Origin: Candidatus Omnitrophota bacterium
GTDB taxonomy: Bacteria > Omnitrophota > Gorgyraeia > B26-G9 > JBDRCZ01
Assembly: GCA_043821285.1 (NCBI GenBank)
Contig: JBDRCZ010000027.1
Span: forward strand, 18,988-82,987
DNA: 64,000 nucleotides
Direction of reading: 5' to 3'
This document shows, in pieces, positions 43,401-47,674 of this stretch. Position 1 is the first letter of the stretch, and each line of letters starts with the position of its first letter. Under the pieces are notes generated by a model. The model was not told the origin of the DNA. It saw only the letters and a list, made by a program, of their open reading frames with translations, and did not search any database. The position numbers were made by a program, and so were the translations under genes.

Positions 43401-46400
43401 AACTCACTTAATTACACTGCCTCCCGGCCGCTTTCAATTATCTGGCAGTCGATTAATTATCATTATCTTAGGCCAACTGCTCCGGCAGGCGGCTGGTATG
43501 GGCAGATTGGCGCGATTGTATTTGACACACTGATACATATCATTTTCTATACTGCGGTTATCTTTATTGGACAGCAGGTAGTTCAACTCTGGCTGGTAGA
43601 TAGGTTTTTATTACCGATTGACTTTTTTGGGACCCTGAAATTAGCTTGTGGGACGTGGATGTTGATAACTGGCTTAGCTATATTATTATATGCCTGCCAG
43701 GAGGGGGTTGTTGCGATAATGAGTTTGTTCCGAACCTTACATTTTCGCGCGGTTGGTATTATATATTTTGTTCTAGCGCTGATTTTAGCAAATTCTGGGG
43801 TGTTATTGCAGCCATTAGTAGATGCCGGGATATTGTCAGCAGGATTAACCGCCGGGATATTCCCCGCGGTAGAGCTATTTCTTGCTAATTCTGTATTTGG
43901 TGTGACATTAGGAATGTGGCTGATTATTGGAGTATTGTTAGTTATATTCTTTCCATCAAAGGTTAAGAGTGTTGCTATACGTCTAATACGTCCAATAATA
44001 CGTTTAATACGTTCAATAATAGGTCTAAAGGAGAAAATATATAAGGATATTCATGACAAGACCGCATATCTATTTCAAGCCGGACAGACGATAATGAGCC
44101 GTGTGTTTAGCGTTGGTGTTGAGCGAGCAACCGAAGAGTTAATGAGCGGCTACCGCCGGCTTATAGAGTTAGAGGCCAAAGATATAATCCAGGGCATTGG
44201 CACAAGGGAAGAATTGAGAGCATATCTTAAGCTTCTGCATACCCGGGAACTTGAATATGAAGTTACCCTCTGGCACCCAATACAATTAGTTGTCGGTGAG
44301 AAGAAAGAAAGAGCAGGCGATGACCCGGAAACCCTTATCCCGCCGCCAGAGGTCCAGATTGTTGTACGTTCTCCCGAGGAGAAAGAACAGATTATCAAGG
44401 CCTGGAACGCAAGAAGGATAATTGTTTCCATGCTTGCGGAGGAGAATAACAGTCATGATACTGGTATTAACATGGTTGAGATGGCATTACAATTAAAACA
44501 AGCAGAATTGGACGATAAAATTATAATGTTCCTGCTAAGTAATAAGTATAGTGATCGTTCAACAGAGCCTTCCCGGGTAAATTATGCTCCAAAAACAGAA
44601 TATGGACAAAGAAACAAGTTTGCCCGGTTAATTCAGGGAGTTACCCAGATTCAGGTAGAGGCGCATTATAACTGGACGACCTTTGGCACTAAGGCGCTGG
44701 CGATGACCGGTATTGATACAAAACCTGACGAGGTTATCCGGATTGATTCTACGGTTACGCTGGATAGAAATGCTAATGCATATAATTTCCCGGCGCATAT
44801 CCGCGATGTAAAGAGAATACGCGCTTCCCGGGATTTGGCCGTGATTGTTCCTACCCGTTCTACCACGAATAACCTGGCGAGTGTTGGCCAGAGCTCGGAG
44901 TTAGTAGAAAGAGGACATGGTAAACATTTAGAAGGCGTAATGTTGCTTGGCGGCACAGGTAGTGAAATTGTCCAGACCGGCTGGGCAAACATTGCCTTAA
45001 TTCTTTACGGCTTAATGCTCTATGCCTATGCCAATCCTAATCAGCCGATATATCCGCCCAGCTCACGGATTAAAGGCTGGAATAGTAATAAAGGATGGTG
45101 GGAGGATTTTTGGAGCCGTAATTACGGGCTTATTCCGATATTCCATAATGCCACGGGTATTTCTGAAGACCTGCAATTAGCCATATCAAATATTAGCGCA
45201 TTAATTGCCTTAGGCTATAGTCCAAAGATTGGCATATCTGAAGCAGACTATTATAAATTAAGAGAGGCCTGGGTTTTGTTAGAACAGTTTACTGCTTTTG
45301 GCCGCTGGGCAAATGGGTGTATGTCCACAGACCAGAGCCAGAGAATACAAGAAGCATTATATTTTGGCTCGCCAAGTTTATATACCAAAGCAGGGGCGGC
45401 TTATCGCGGTAGATTTTTCAGCATGGCTATTCTCTTTTTATCATTTATTGTTGCACTGCCTTTTTCCGTAATCCTTGGTTTTTCATCTTGTATGGGGGTT
45501 ATCCTCTCTTTAGTTAGTCTTGGTGCAATGGCAAATCAGGTGCTTACCTTAAATGGGCTGGTAGCTTATTTAGCCAATGCTGATTTTAACCGCTATATGG
45601 GGGTAATTGGTACGATGATTGCCGGGGGAGCAATTTTCTTATGGGGACTTAATCCGGCACTGCTTATTGTAGGCATGCTCATAGGCGGATATAGTATTGG
45701 TTTTAGCCGCTGGATATACACCCGCGGCCGGGACATCATCCTTTTCCCACAGCAGCTGCTCATTCATGCAGTAGCACAAATTTATAGATTTACCCTGCGT
45801 TTTAACATATCTGCAACTGGTGGTTTTGAAGGTGTAGATATACGGGAACAGCTCGTAAAAAGACCATACGATAATTTTGTTAATATAAAATGGATATTCT
45901 GGTTATTTGGGGTAGGGGGGTATCTTTTAAATTTATATGCCCTGCATGTTAGTGCCACATTAATAAATGTTATCTTTTTATTACCGTCGCTATTATTTTT
46001 CTCGGGGTTATTAATTGGATTATTTGTAACCAGTGTACCTGTTGGCAAGAGTATTGGTGCGTGGAGTTTTTTGCCCAAGACATTAGGTTGGCTGAGCGGC
46101 TATGTTATTTTAGGTTGGTTGCTCAAATGGAGCTTATTAGGGGGTGGATGGTCGCTATTGTCCAGCGGGGGAGTATTATTGATAGCAGCTCTTTTATTGT
46201 CTTGGGTGCTCAGAGACGTGCAGTTTAAGGGAATAAAAAATATAGTTAGCCCCATACATAATTACCTATTTAGTAAAATTGAACGGATGATGCAAAAAAA
46301 GACTGTTAGAAAAGAGTACTTTGCGGGTATTTTAACAGCGGCTCAACAAAATACACTTTTTACAAATCTAATAAATGCAGGCTACATAAATGAGCAGGGT

Positions 46401-47381
46401 GACATTCAAAATAAATTTTTTCAAGGTGACGATAGAATAACCACACCCTCTCAATTGCCATTAACTAATATTGATGGTTGTGAAGATGCGGATGCAGATA
46501 TAAGAGTAAAAATATATGATATTTTACAAAATACTCGCAGTTCCCGGGTTATTTCTGAGTTTGCACGTTCATTCGTGCTTTCGCTAATAGTCTTATTGCT
46601 ATTTTACTGGACACCAGTATTAGGAAGTTTAAATATAATCGGAATGGACGGGCTAAATGTCTTGGTATTTACTAATAACGCATTTTTGGCAGTAGGTATG
46701 TTTTTACTGGCTGTTTTTATCTACTATGGAATTGGGTTGATTATTAGAGGTGCCGAATATCATGGAGTACTGGGCACAAGGTTATTAATTGAAAAGATCT
46801 ACGCGGTGTTTGGGAAGAAAAAGAAAGTAGGCTTAAAGAATGAATTAGATTTTCAATACGGCCGGTTTTTAAGCTTAGAGCAGCAGGATATAATTTCACC
46901 TTTTACAAATATCACACAGGCGGCGGATTATACATTAATTCAGGCGCTTTTTACTGAGGTAAAACTTAATATTAATCTAAAAAGCTATGCTTATGCACGA
47001 CAAAGACTTGAGCTGATAAAACAGTATTTGGATAGATATGATGATGATGAGCAGCCTTACGGAGCACCTGCTCCACAACCTGTCGGTCAGTCTTTAGGGT
47101 ATGCAGGGATACATGGTTTTAATGCACCACAGATTGTATTTTGGCTCTTAGAAAGATTAGGAGTAGATCCTAAAAAGCCACTAGGGAGCAAACTCTGTGA
47201 ATTTCTTGCTGAAACACTAAGTTTTTTAAATGGACAAGGGACTCCTGAACCTCCTGAAAATCCTGAGAAAAGAGAGGAAGCTCTGTCCGTGGCTGATCCT
47301 AATCAGGTGCTGAATGGCAGGATACCAGGAATAGAACGATTACACTTAGGGGATGCATATTTAGTGCAGGAGGCGATTTAA
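25353..47381 (+). CDS. Giant 7,342-aa multidomain protein with the shared leader, a SecA-like ATPase motor, coiled coils, a TM hairpin, a Thr/Pro linker, about 14 tandem repeats, an M23 peptidase domain, DT repeats and a polytopic membrane C-terminus
   Basis: A single uninterrupted 22,029-nt reading frame, with SD and promoter upstream. The domain calls are listed as separate features below. Confidence 0.95.
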   Translation: MTGLKHKIWFKAIAFILIQAFLCLDLSFAAGGDLKNVNSLLAPTIKLDELEEVFNKKYVAESPEEQILTQNFNIKLRKTKKTTEQGTAVSITEEQAECIRAARTGLLNEFTNKVFKRYLTAVQINVREFLPNMAQHMSRAEINIDVVVLGNETAVRLALYHGALHGILAEERGTAETPEERFLEEVFVVQKELEYLNSLSEKEQDNYLKFLKNSYRINHAAFLKLYSRYKEKVKEAEDKGEAPDLRVILSMIASYVKQVSRRDNDFGQINFDMRTNKAKDEVRKVVEGIEIAKETSAGAETSEADVEPNTAAISAEELEEEAKTLIKRFIDIVLTVTGINLIKRIYNYLREKLYLWNKSRKQRKIERRNGELEKIDQDDPDYQDTLFKLWKLQGYDIKSLRPLYALARRVDKRYAALKQELETGNEHMIAGKSRALKDTVTLRVNKLAENDTRNRSKLLEQVLNENNYALLIEALALVQAAFNQVKEIKLYDVQIIAAIAANKGDGQIIRLLPGEGKTYVGAAYAYLNTLDGAKVHMHTTSEYYAKRDAEDVRGVLELLGLSAACLEKENEEKKEAYAADVLYGEKSEFGFDYLKDNLKYESKEKVMHGLYRAMVDEVDYNIQDDGRTPLIISARSVENISEVLYIAVNDVVAGLIREQAEQELEEDERYYVLENLPGDTTPEKAANYTTHSVVFTETGLKAFEKRLLEKGLAEFSKDDFLFSKTHYYIFSMAVQALRAHKLWCIDKDYCINEDKKVEQEKDSQEGDQRADTKDKEPKKGQVVLIDESSGRLMEGRTLSHGLHQAIEAKHLREVITADERTTLEIKTITPRSEAQGSITVESFYKLYEKLSGMSGTVDENEARLWGRQGKEVVRVPSNTLRQLKEHADRLYLTNRERFAAMAEAAQDKQTRGQPVVLGVLTPEDADLLSGMIEELGIEHETLDARNQKDEERIIAHAGRKGRVTIVTNIAGRATNIVLGGKKEIRIQELISEESLSAETAEKRYKDEKQEVIALGGLCVFIAGRQPSSRGDEQFETRAARQGQPGESGHFLSADDPLFEQTGTNKKVRELIEYYQSEEGKGVVVTHVFRKVIHEAQKRLSQVRLHEKKQTQKYEEVLANQRETFYRLRDRFLEEPQETLLEFVEQAIDLIFRDAEDIEKQLALDPELAKYKTGILDEVNEIKKQGKDIKDIARNEGIVREDELSRLTNSGVLRLMLQRQFIRDKFAVFLNIGLTNEQLTFSKEQLKNAVTQALEHRAILARLILQMLDLSWQRHLGDIEELKWAINFRPGDEQKKAAEFGIDAFKTFQAMRDENYLDVCGVVYKGWKRYFRAKAKMIGRQKEEDGEVPEEVQERLKDLDERLGGKWDFLSSRSGQAAATGGVTVVGLSGIVYGYAAPMIQQSLHDAKIEQMNEVLEALQVLDITKATQLIEKYNLEDTFNLGVNEEQLQQEKDLKIIEIVLSSDYTIEDEEGGRYLSVSKTDAETGEEEQTEKIALTSEDDENLVTRLEEIKNNPSEIDKVAQVIKLIIEKGLLESLGGDEAVDANTGTATANQDGQENGAAGETGELLSAEGDEVSDEREGAGQATAGAGGKEGEVSIDEEKAKIEISLQQIIDENEEETVRTLLLKALIKDLIRSENYTYAVQETDEGVYLNIIKIDTETGEKEQIEKITITEEQKTIIETVGVAEEERIKAEKRGPQKPSLSDLFLSSATYLVLTILWLYAAYRKYKHANTKRERYIACLMGLFGVIFVGVGLLGAGPAFNWHASLFAQEVIHPDLLEEPKEEVTGEEIELEEELPELNFLDEVEELKDVRDYIAKRFAELEEDLQKAMGRIDEIIEDELLAKVRYVQAEMDLETAGGKEEEALQDLRDAQQTYDQQVNDFEAATNALIQVLNTEIGSVEEMVEKLDKKIANFTALDERLAERYEKTKELIKGYQQKLVDIREQIETNETTQGDLQEKIRLYEQLNNEIIPKQLADLDESIAFDQACIDALTAAEDKMAGLTANQEAARQKYIDNPITGQKGLISRFKDKLTELNGWITDITTIELPKYDVFITNFNAALQKFNNWLKDFDAGAAKEQAAKTQLEQAKLRYGNPSPPANPTDSNLVNQGWIPALYYDQWWVGVKKGVAEGAQSRAQAELAKAEEGVVQAEELLQSLRAGLDEVRKLPDTIKVPATPTVTPTITPTATVTVTPSPTTTATPLPTGTPSPAATVTPVTSPTGTPIATPSPAPTSEPTTAPATPSPASTTEPAPAAQSQGDTTTETTTTVQLNIGSLNISFARIFGQRGASTGSAGFSIGPYGSGGLACVGLSVMGVLRTADIPDDTTPDTAATTSDTDTTDATDTTTPDGTTDVSPEDTAPVMMDILNAEKIDKVAFFEAMVKVAEFGGATFIQRGGEEDIVIVKDVDGTVLYENSYKEWMGHVGSGHVFVGVSGAKAYREAVTRGGYSEITENNGVRKITYSTVQNGYTELLGSGATAESRTSPTKRYMEVNVHGATVLAQMLTVGGYMQKDYNGNPDIVAVHLSRAVEIDGITSDIFFVTPVATAPPGDPGDPYSAVYPDMTPGIEGTNNVLNAMKGSYSFEVQGDWTVWTSVDVNTGVVTQFRTPAMPQTTGHDFPQTGGLAGVDALLNAIGDETTNRHSYSFEVEENRIVLTVVNVDTGEITTSYLTKAADGTPIGIDIDDKGGVAARSRIKKALENSYAIEIQNVNGKLRAYWTVVDVDTGKVIDDFYTAASSTITPGWDFPLTGGKAGITKIIAALNGSYCILDSNNGVTKWLVVDVTTGAKQYFYTATTGDKPVPGYDIPDIGGKQGLDLIVTRALSKQYEIVLQTDKEVAQWKIYNIATGEEIIGQGFFTAANPNSPAAAGGMIYAVDEDSKYNFDKQGGREDLKNVIFALEHSYIFKDLGDGRIEWTVVSDEADGTYKVTKFFTRKIDNIIPEYKLDTVGGLKAIELILQALNSSYKIVKTENGVTEWLMVDVKTGEVKWFHTVAVDKILPGFDIPKVGGIEAVKMITKGLNSAYRILGEVNGVTNWVIVDPEVPPDKGGLEYFYTVALTEAETDEYPEFKVSKVGGKKLAQQWRDYALPGTYKIGERIGPEAPLTNQNVVRFDGGMATIVRVIDTYTGAVKHVFFSPYMTPEEVEELKQKDPTFVFDMTGGKELYERLYNSQAMALGFSFGLTRDEGGVTVSQQLIIFDPDSEAISNSLYVPFMTEAEWSQNPSTRLDITGGIKLLQRIKLAMENAYKIGEQITVTKDGVNLTLQIVRVWDPHTGEAVKDPLTGEMIDHFYMPVIPEELLDIIFEGREEERKEFEESKTLDLASGYKLIEEIIIKEMLEGVYRLGEQSKEKSHLMDVYLIDPDKLDIDTKYVPFLSEAERAQVPEDDLLAQLLSKVDLVGGLGLNEKDRELLKGTYRIVGRLSEEEGTPEKWGGVVHIYNPKTGEVTEEYRPYLTPDEVALNPDFAIPNVGGIESLENWRSGIIDGYLLRPTPIEVKGERKNSFLVRIDTIDIETGERDQFFVSYMTPEELEKELEFKPPFSVSSRFLREVRNSLDTGGFYLRDRDETDEVVEYLVFDGEGNAARELHVFEIPEEYQRIKIPKATAGRGNFELFKRVLREGGFGKRVSEERLALYSVANGHEELIGHIPYIFGDKEIAKGFEKLEIGETVAFPGVDGAQFMLDMITGYGGYIKRISENVVEMGNTNGEIKYAPYTEEEGEPGMEIGEWVPITGKKAAELMDYLATDSNGGRITRIDEYFSEVKVFYEDRTDRFVVPYVPLKYRSEHEWDELKQRMQEQFGLNEEEMQQIEGVIKELKAEELNIGEYVSIFSLKNAETWRQVNEESGYFVRDGDIVRIYNLKSELIGIAPYQNIAELLRQQKQKEGEEPEELKELADGDWVPIFTAEQAEAIIKLTREGGRVKRLSAYIVELQDEYGNHLMLAPFENPKFRKPGRLEQPTLPVGRSIGVGGAKLPRMYSEPTRDGEGNYIYEVTDLIGNKWTEVWNKNAETIIIIREGKVTQTLAFLGDAVDIPAKTLTIDVDGSKILKEYDHERSRESGMRVYKVTELNDEAMPEDDIITYEYFNITGQLVKTEGLTMDTINHEFLKDGQTDVAKSGEKRNKKGELEETFEFAWRVYMGEDSEGNKIYDNVYKVTEVNDEETTEDDVIKYVQYDSRGEARATYYLGTEVVNGTTVDGTVVIDTGASTDILSPEIQKRLKERIRKRIVERYKNEFVDSYIAEHDLTRENFIKLLDANIVERLKLGVVDNPGFREEFEQEINAYLKSVQQQIEDEVAATYDKTYKDKSLKPIYYFKWNEENKGVDILEGLGTKGFVIDSGVRVFSIEDKHVPFALIQEIDNLGDVTREFGIVDGKEQFKIRFGEGLFIVSQEILQALEETEERGAAYTAKLEQSRFIAKQRVSESQEIQYDALPNEWKEKVDKIIADLKEQGFIPPDPQKLTWMEIRTINPEKPDDVLVTSYQAFSKKDTPVIKIGGQYFKYEGDKQAKYESLIDIEVGYEDKLLSLRFDLDLVDENFNWRKRLEALSYHITPHEEVIIDLYSSLLFKDFRNKTDGFWEQRKHLIKDGFFNYDIDWMLNNLKDIARLKAERTETFNYDTYKYDITLLMALEVPAAPVTYMHITNDKGEDVIIGKAELNDIDFTRRLIKSTNMISFYRDEAGKKKAADIPYISMRDFKGNVGVQFYLTDEGPVLGIYSWDFDKHGISDKSMTVFKTTEGWQLLESAFYEGVASMPLKGLDETESMERVFFFNGIRFAENIGFEVNENDLYIEPSKLQETLVAVLADPVNILDRHKIGKNGEGKLALRLDGYKLDDYGKAMGDPKYVAFVLYKKGALISATEAGPLHFGFGNESYVYLYDPGKGFDLPEEQDVLKGLNAAKYSELSWNAQVQKWLGYDMNSWEESNWVAHAWNPRVESFEKAGTIKPETWARYPGKEKTGIFYDVIDHRAGKEGLYMNAHLISSGVLVIEAYERVDSEFMPDAFNIRRVPQLVIYDPNSAHIQKPIISIEQTSGNSLAEFEVSEPILVKEGDGYIWVVRITVNGYEPFDLFKIVQKTEYRYVAINTGTSHGPVLINNQHLSAPADEPDTSAAVVPMFVNPVPDLATYEIWDFEEHEGHGIDIPVVAGTPVYAIADGEVIFSGEDPNGKKGYAVIYVTEIPDDKGQMEKYAVVNGHLDEHGRIEEGQQIFAGDTIIGKSNGAKYQPGVTQDSTGPHLHLGMWRITGLEHYSNQEIVKAILHYNRKSSIDRQIVPKRRVDPEKVLADAGAVDIKEREKAVALAAAQSSQKTPTPTPQRIAYAYAVNGLPVTLSEFYLHQQTGGAAAQETLQQADLSSEQKNGTDNRALYSQNRAENKTENANNDKRNFVMIIAAFLGSRLIMQCIYWGIRYFGLLPKLRKTEEEKLIYNPKNPMAERRRAEKLLWTKPAFSTYRISPENANQVIHELREKQAAEQAGQAEPEDTIVVIIEADDETIIYNLTPAEADELGRALSGNVVSEEKAGINIKIEVENYTYSEGPLEGNCKEQLRHLYYFIMEWRRLENEWAEDDEHLLGGTDEWLNGLDVFSNLLSFYVRRVVFEGEKDSRITEDSNHIFDRMNKHLGELTVFVRELLQEYKNAATDEERTGISGTIGDVLGEKGIKPRKAEFIIPEKNLRIIQQFIQDTIDGRDTDTDTDTDTDTDTDTDTDTDTDTDTDTDTIVREMQSIIGEQLLVISRDDTKVEVTNNNWEKIVVLISNQLDGVEAADITDVVEKYKLFKKREGYDLLPVFAWFLDPIRLLFMFAFSGLGIAIWTNNDFIGGPTVLQFLPELFSAILALNICGVPFWLLGLAGAVLNYIANKVSEKARYPGENPVISFLPRIVPVSWLFGKDVVKGRYTFEIKEGRGWDPTFWRVASYIFRMVCSLGITLGIWFVVIPNLITPGHDIIQWLIAGIVSLIALLDFFGLFFILVNNALFEGIQEAVESNNTSRQMQQDQGIANRIRGLFMSILRLIPMRGLRFLNSLNYTASRPLSIIWQSINYHYLRPTAPAGGWYGQIGAIVFDTLIHIIFYTAVIFIGQQVVQLWLVDRFLLPIDFFGTLKLACGTWMLITGLAILLYACQEGVVAIMSLFRTLHFRAVGIIYFVLALILANSGVLLQPLVDAGILSAGLTAGIFPAVELFLANSVFGVTLGMWLIIGVLLVIFFPSKVKSVAIRLIRPIIRLIRSIIGLKEKIYKDIHDKTAYLFQAGQTIMSRVFSVGVERATEELMSGYRRLIELEAKDIIQGIGTREELRAYLKLLHTRELEYEVTLWHPIQLVVGEKKERAGDDPETLIPPPEVQIVVRSPEEKEQIIKAWNARRIIVSMLAEENNSHDTGINMVEMALQLKQAELDDKIIMFLLSNKYSDRSTEPSRVNYAPKTEYGQRNKFARLIQGVTQIQVEAHYNWTTFGTKALAMTGIDTKPDEVIRIDSTVTLDRNANAYNFPAHIRDVKRIRASRDLAVIVPTRSTTNNLASVGQSSELVERGHGKHLEGVMLLGGTGSEIVQTGWANIALILYGLMLYAYANPNQPIYPPSSRIKGWNSNKGWWEDFWSRNYGLIPIFHNATGISEDLQLAISNISALIALGYSPKIGISEADYYKLREAWVLLEQFTAFGRWANGCMSTDQSQRIQEALYFGSPSLYTKAGAAYRGRFFSMAILFLSFIVALPFSVILGFSSCMGVILSLVSLGAMANQVLTLNGLVAYLANADFNRYMGVIGTMIAGGAIFLWGLNPALLIVGMLIGGYSIGFSRWIYTRGRDIILFPQQLLIHAVAQIYRFTLRFNISATGGFEGVDIREQLVKRPYDNFVNIKWIFWLFGVGGYLLNLYALHVSATLINVIFLLPSLLFFSGLLIGLFVTSVPVGKSIGAWSFLPKTLGWLSGYVILGWLLKWSLLGGGWSLLSSGGVLLIAALLLSWVLRDVQFKGIKNIVSPIHNYLFSKIERMMQKKTVRKEYFAGILTAAQQNTLFTNLINAGYINEQGDIQNKFFQGDDRITTPSQLPLTNIDGCEDADADIRVKIYDILQNTRSSRVISEFARSFVLSLIVLLLFYWTPVLGSLNIIGMDGLNVLVFTNNAFLAVGMFLLAVFIYYGIGLIIRGAEYHGVLGTRLLIEKIYAVFGKKKKVGLKNELDFQYGRFLSLEQQDIISPFTNITQAADYTLIQALFTEVKLNINLKSYAYARQRLELIKQYLDRYDDDEQPYGAPAPQPVGQSLGYAGIHGFNAPQIVFWLLERLGVDPKKPLGSKLCEFLAETLSFLNGQGTPEPPENPEKREEALSVADPNQVLNGRIPGIERLHLGDAYLVQEAI
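26700..28830 (+). other. SecA-like preprotein-translocase ATPase motor (NBD1 - PPXD insert - NBD2 - start of helical scaffold)
   Basis: Colinear matches to SecA in order: LLPGEGKT (Walker A, cf. SecA MRTGEGKT); YAADVLYGEKSEFGFDYLKDN ... MVDEVDYNIQDDGRTPLIIS (cf. [21 protein letters not shown] ... [20 protein letters not shown]); LIDESSGRLMEGRTLSHGLHQAIEAKH; FYKLYEKLSGMSGT; TNIAGRATNIVLGG (cf. TNMAGRGTDIVLGG); GGLCVFIAGRQPSSRGDEQFETRAARQGQPGES. Confidence 0.9.
30460..30650 (+). other. Pair of transmembrane helices (internal TM hairpin) in the giant protein
   Basis: ATYLVLTILWLYAAY and CLMGLFGVIFVGVGLLGAG are strongly hydrophobic ~20-aa stretches flanked by basic residues. Confidence 0.6.
31870..32420 (+). 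repeat. Thr/Pro-rich low-complexity linker (PT repeats) followed by a Thr/Asp-rich stretch
   Basis: PATPTVTPTITPTATVTVTPSPTTTATPLPTGTPSPAATVTPVTSP ... followed by TTPDTAATTSDTDTTDATDTTTPDGTTD. This is a typical extracellular flexible linker. Confidence 0.85.
33080..36040 (+). repeat. About 14 degenerate tandem protein repeats (~65-90 aa each), consensus ... SY-x-I ... W-x-V-V-D-V-x-T-G-E/K ... F-Y/F-T ... P ... D-I/F-P ... G-G ... A-L-N
   Basis: Recurring blocks include WTVVDVDTGKV ... FYTAA ... DFPLTGGKAG ... ALNGSY; WLVVDVTTGAKQYFYTAT ... DIPDIGGKQG ... ALSKQY; WLMVDVKTGEVKWFHTVA ... DIPKVGGIEA ... GLNSAY. They were identified by eye in the translation. Confidence 0.75.
40700..41080 (+). 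other. M23/LytM-family zinc metallopeptidase domain (peptidoglycan endopeptidase-like)
   Basis: The HxxxD motif (HEGHGIDIP) and the HxH motif (GPHLHLGMW) sit ~100 aa apart, with Gly-rich beta-strands between them (AIADGEVIFSG). This is the canonical M23 active-site arrangement. Confidence 0.8.
42405..42494 (+). repeat. Perfect hexanucleotide microsatellite (GACACT)x15, encoding (Asp-Thr)15 in frame
   Basis: Counted directly: 15 uninterrupted GACACT units. The unit length is a multiple of 3, so slippage changes length but not frame. Confidence 0.95.
42670..47381 (+). other. Polytopic integral-membrane C-terminal region (~1,570 aa, more than 20 hydrophobic helices interspersed with soluble loops)
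   Basis: Long runs of hydrophobic 18-25-aa segments, for example LLFMFAFSGLGIAIW, ICGVPFWLLGLAGAVL, LGITLGIWFVVIPNLI and GVLLVIFFPS, with many Trp/Gly. A short IRLIRPIIRLIRSII motif follows one helix. Confidence 0.75.
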
Positions 47382-47520
47382 CAAGCTGCATGCAGCTTAC
47401 ACAGATGATCGCGGATGAGAAGATACAAGATGATCAAAGATATAAAAAGATATCAGATGGTTAAAAAATGACGAAAGCAGAATGACGAAAAAAGAAAGAA
47501 ATTACCACGGAGACGCGGAG

Positions 47521-47575
47521 GACACGGAGAAAAACTGCAATAAATCAGACAGGATTAAGAGGATAAACAAGATAA
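47521..47575. repeat. Upstream element family A (GACACGGAGAAAAACTG-AATAAATCAGACAGGATTAA ...)
   Basis: About 50 bp nearly identical to 53658-53710. The core AAATAAATCAGACAGGATTAA also occurs at 9868-9900 and 55383-55425. Each copy sits 50-230 nt 5' of a gene start. Confidence 0.6.
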
Positions 47576-47674
47576 GCAATTCTAAAATTCGAAGATTAAA
47601 AAATTTGTTTATTTGATGATTTTATTTGGATTTTGTCATTTGACATTTGGAATTTAACTATATGGAGGAATATT

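Noticed and set aside
25353-47381. The idea that the 22-kb ORF is an assembly or frameshift artefact joining several genes
   Set aside because: No in-frame stop occurs in 7,342 codons. The domain order is biologically coherent (leader, motor, linker, repeats, peptidase, membrane module), and promoter and SD signals appear only at the 5' end. An artefact cannot be fully excluded without reads, and it is flagged as a check.
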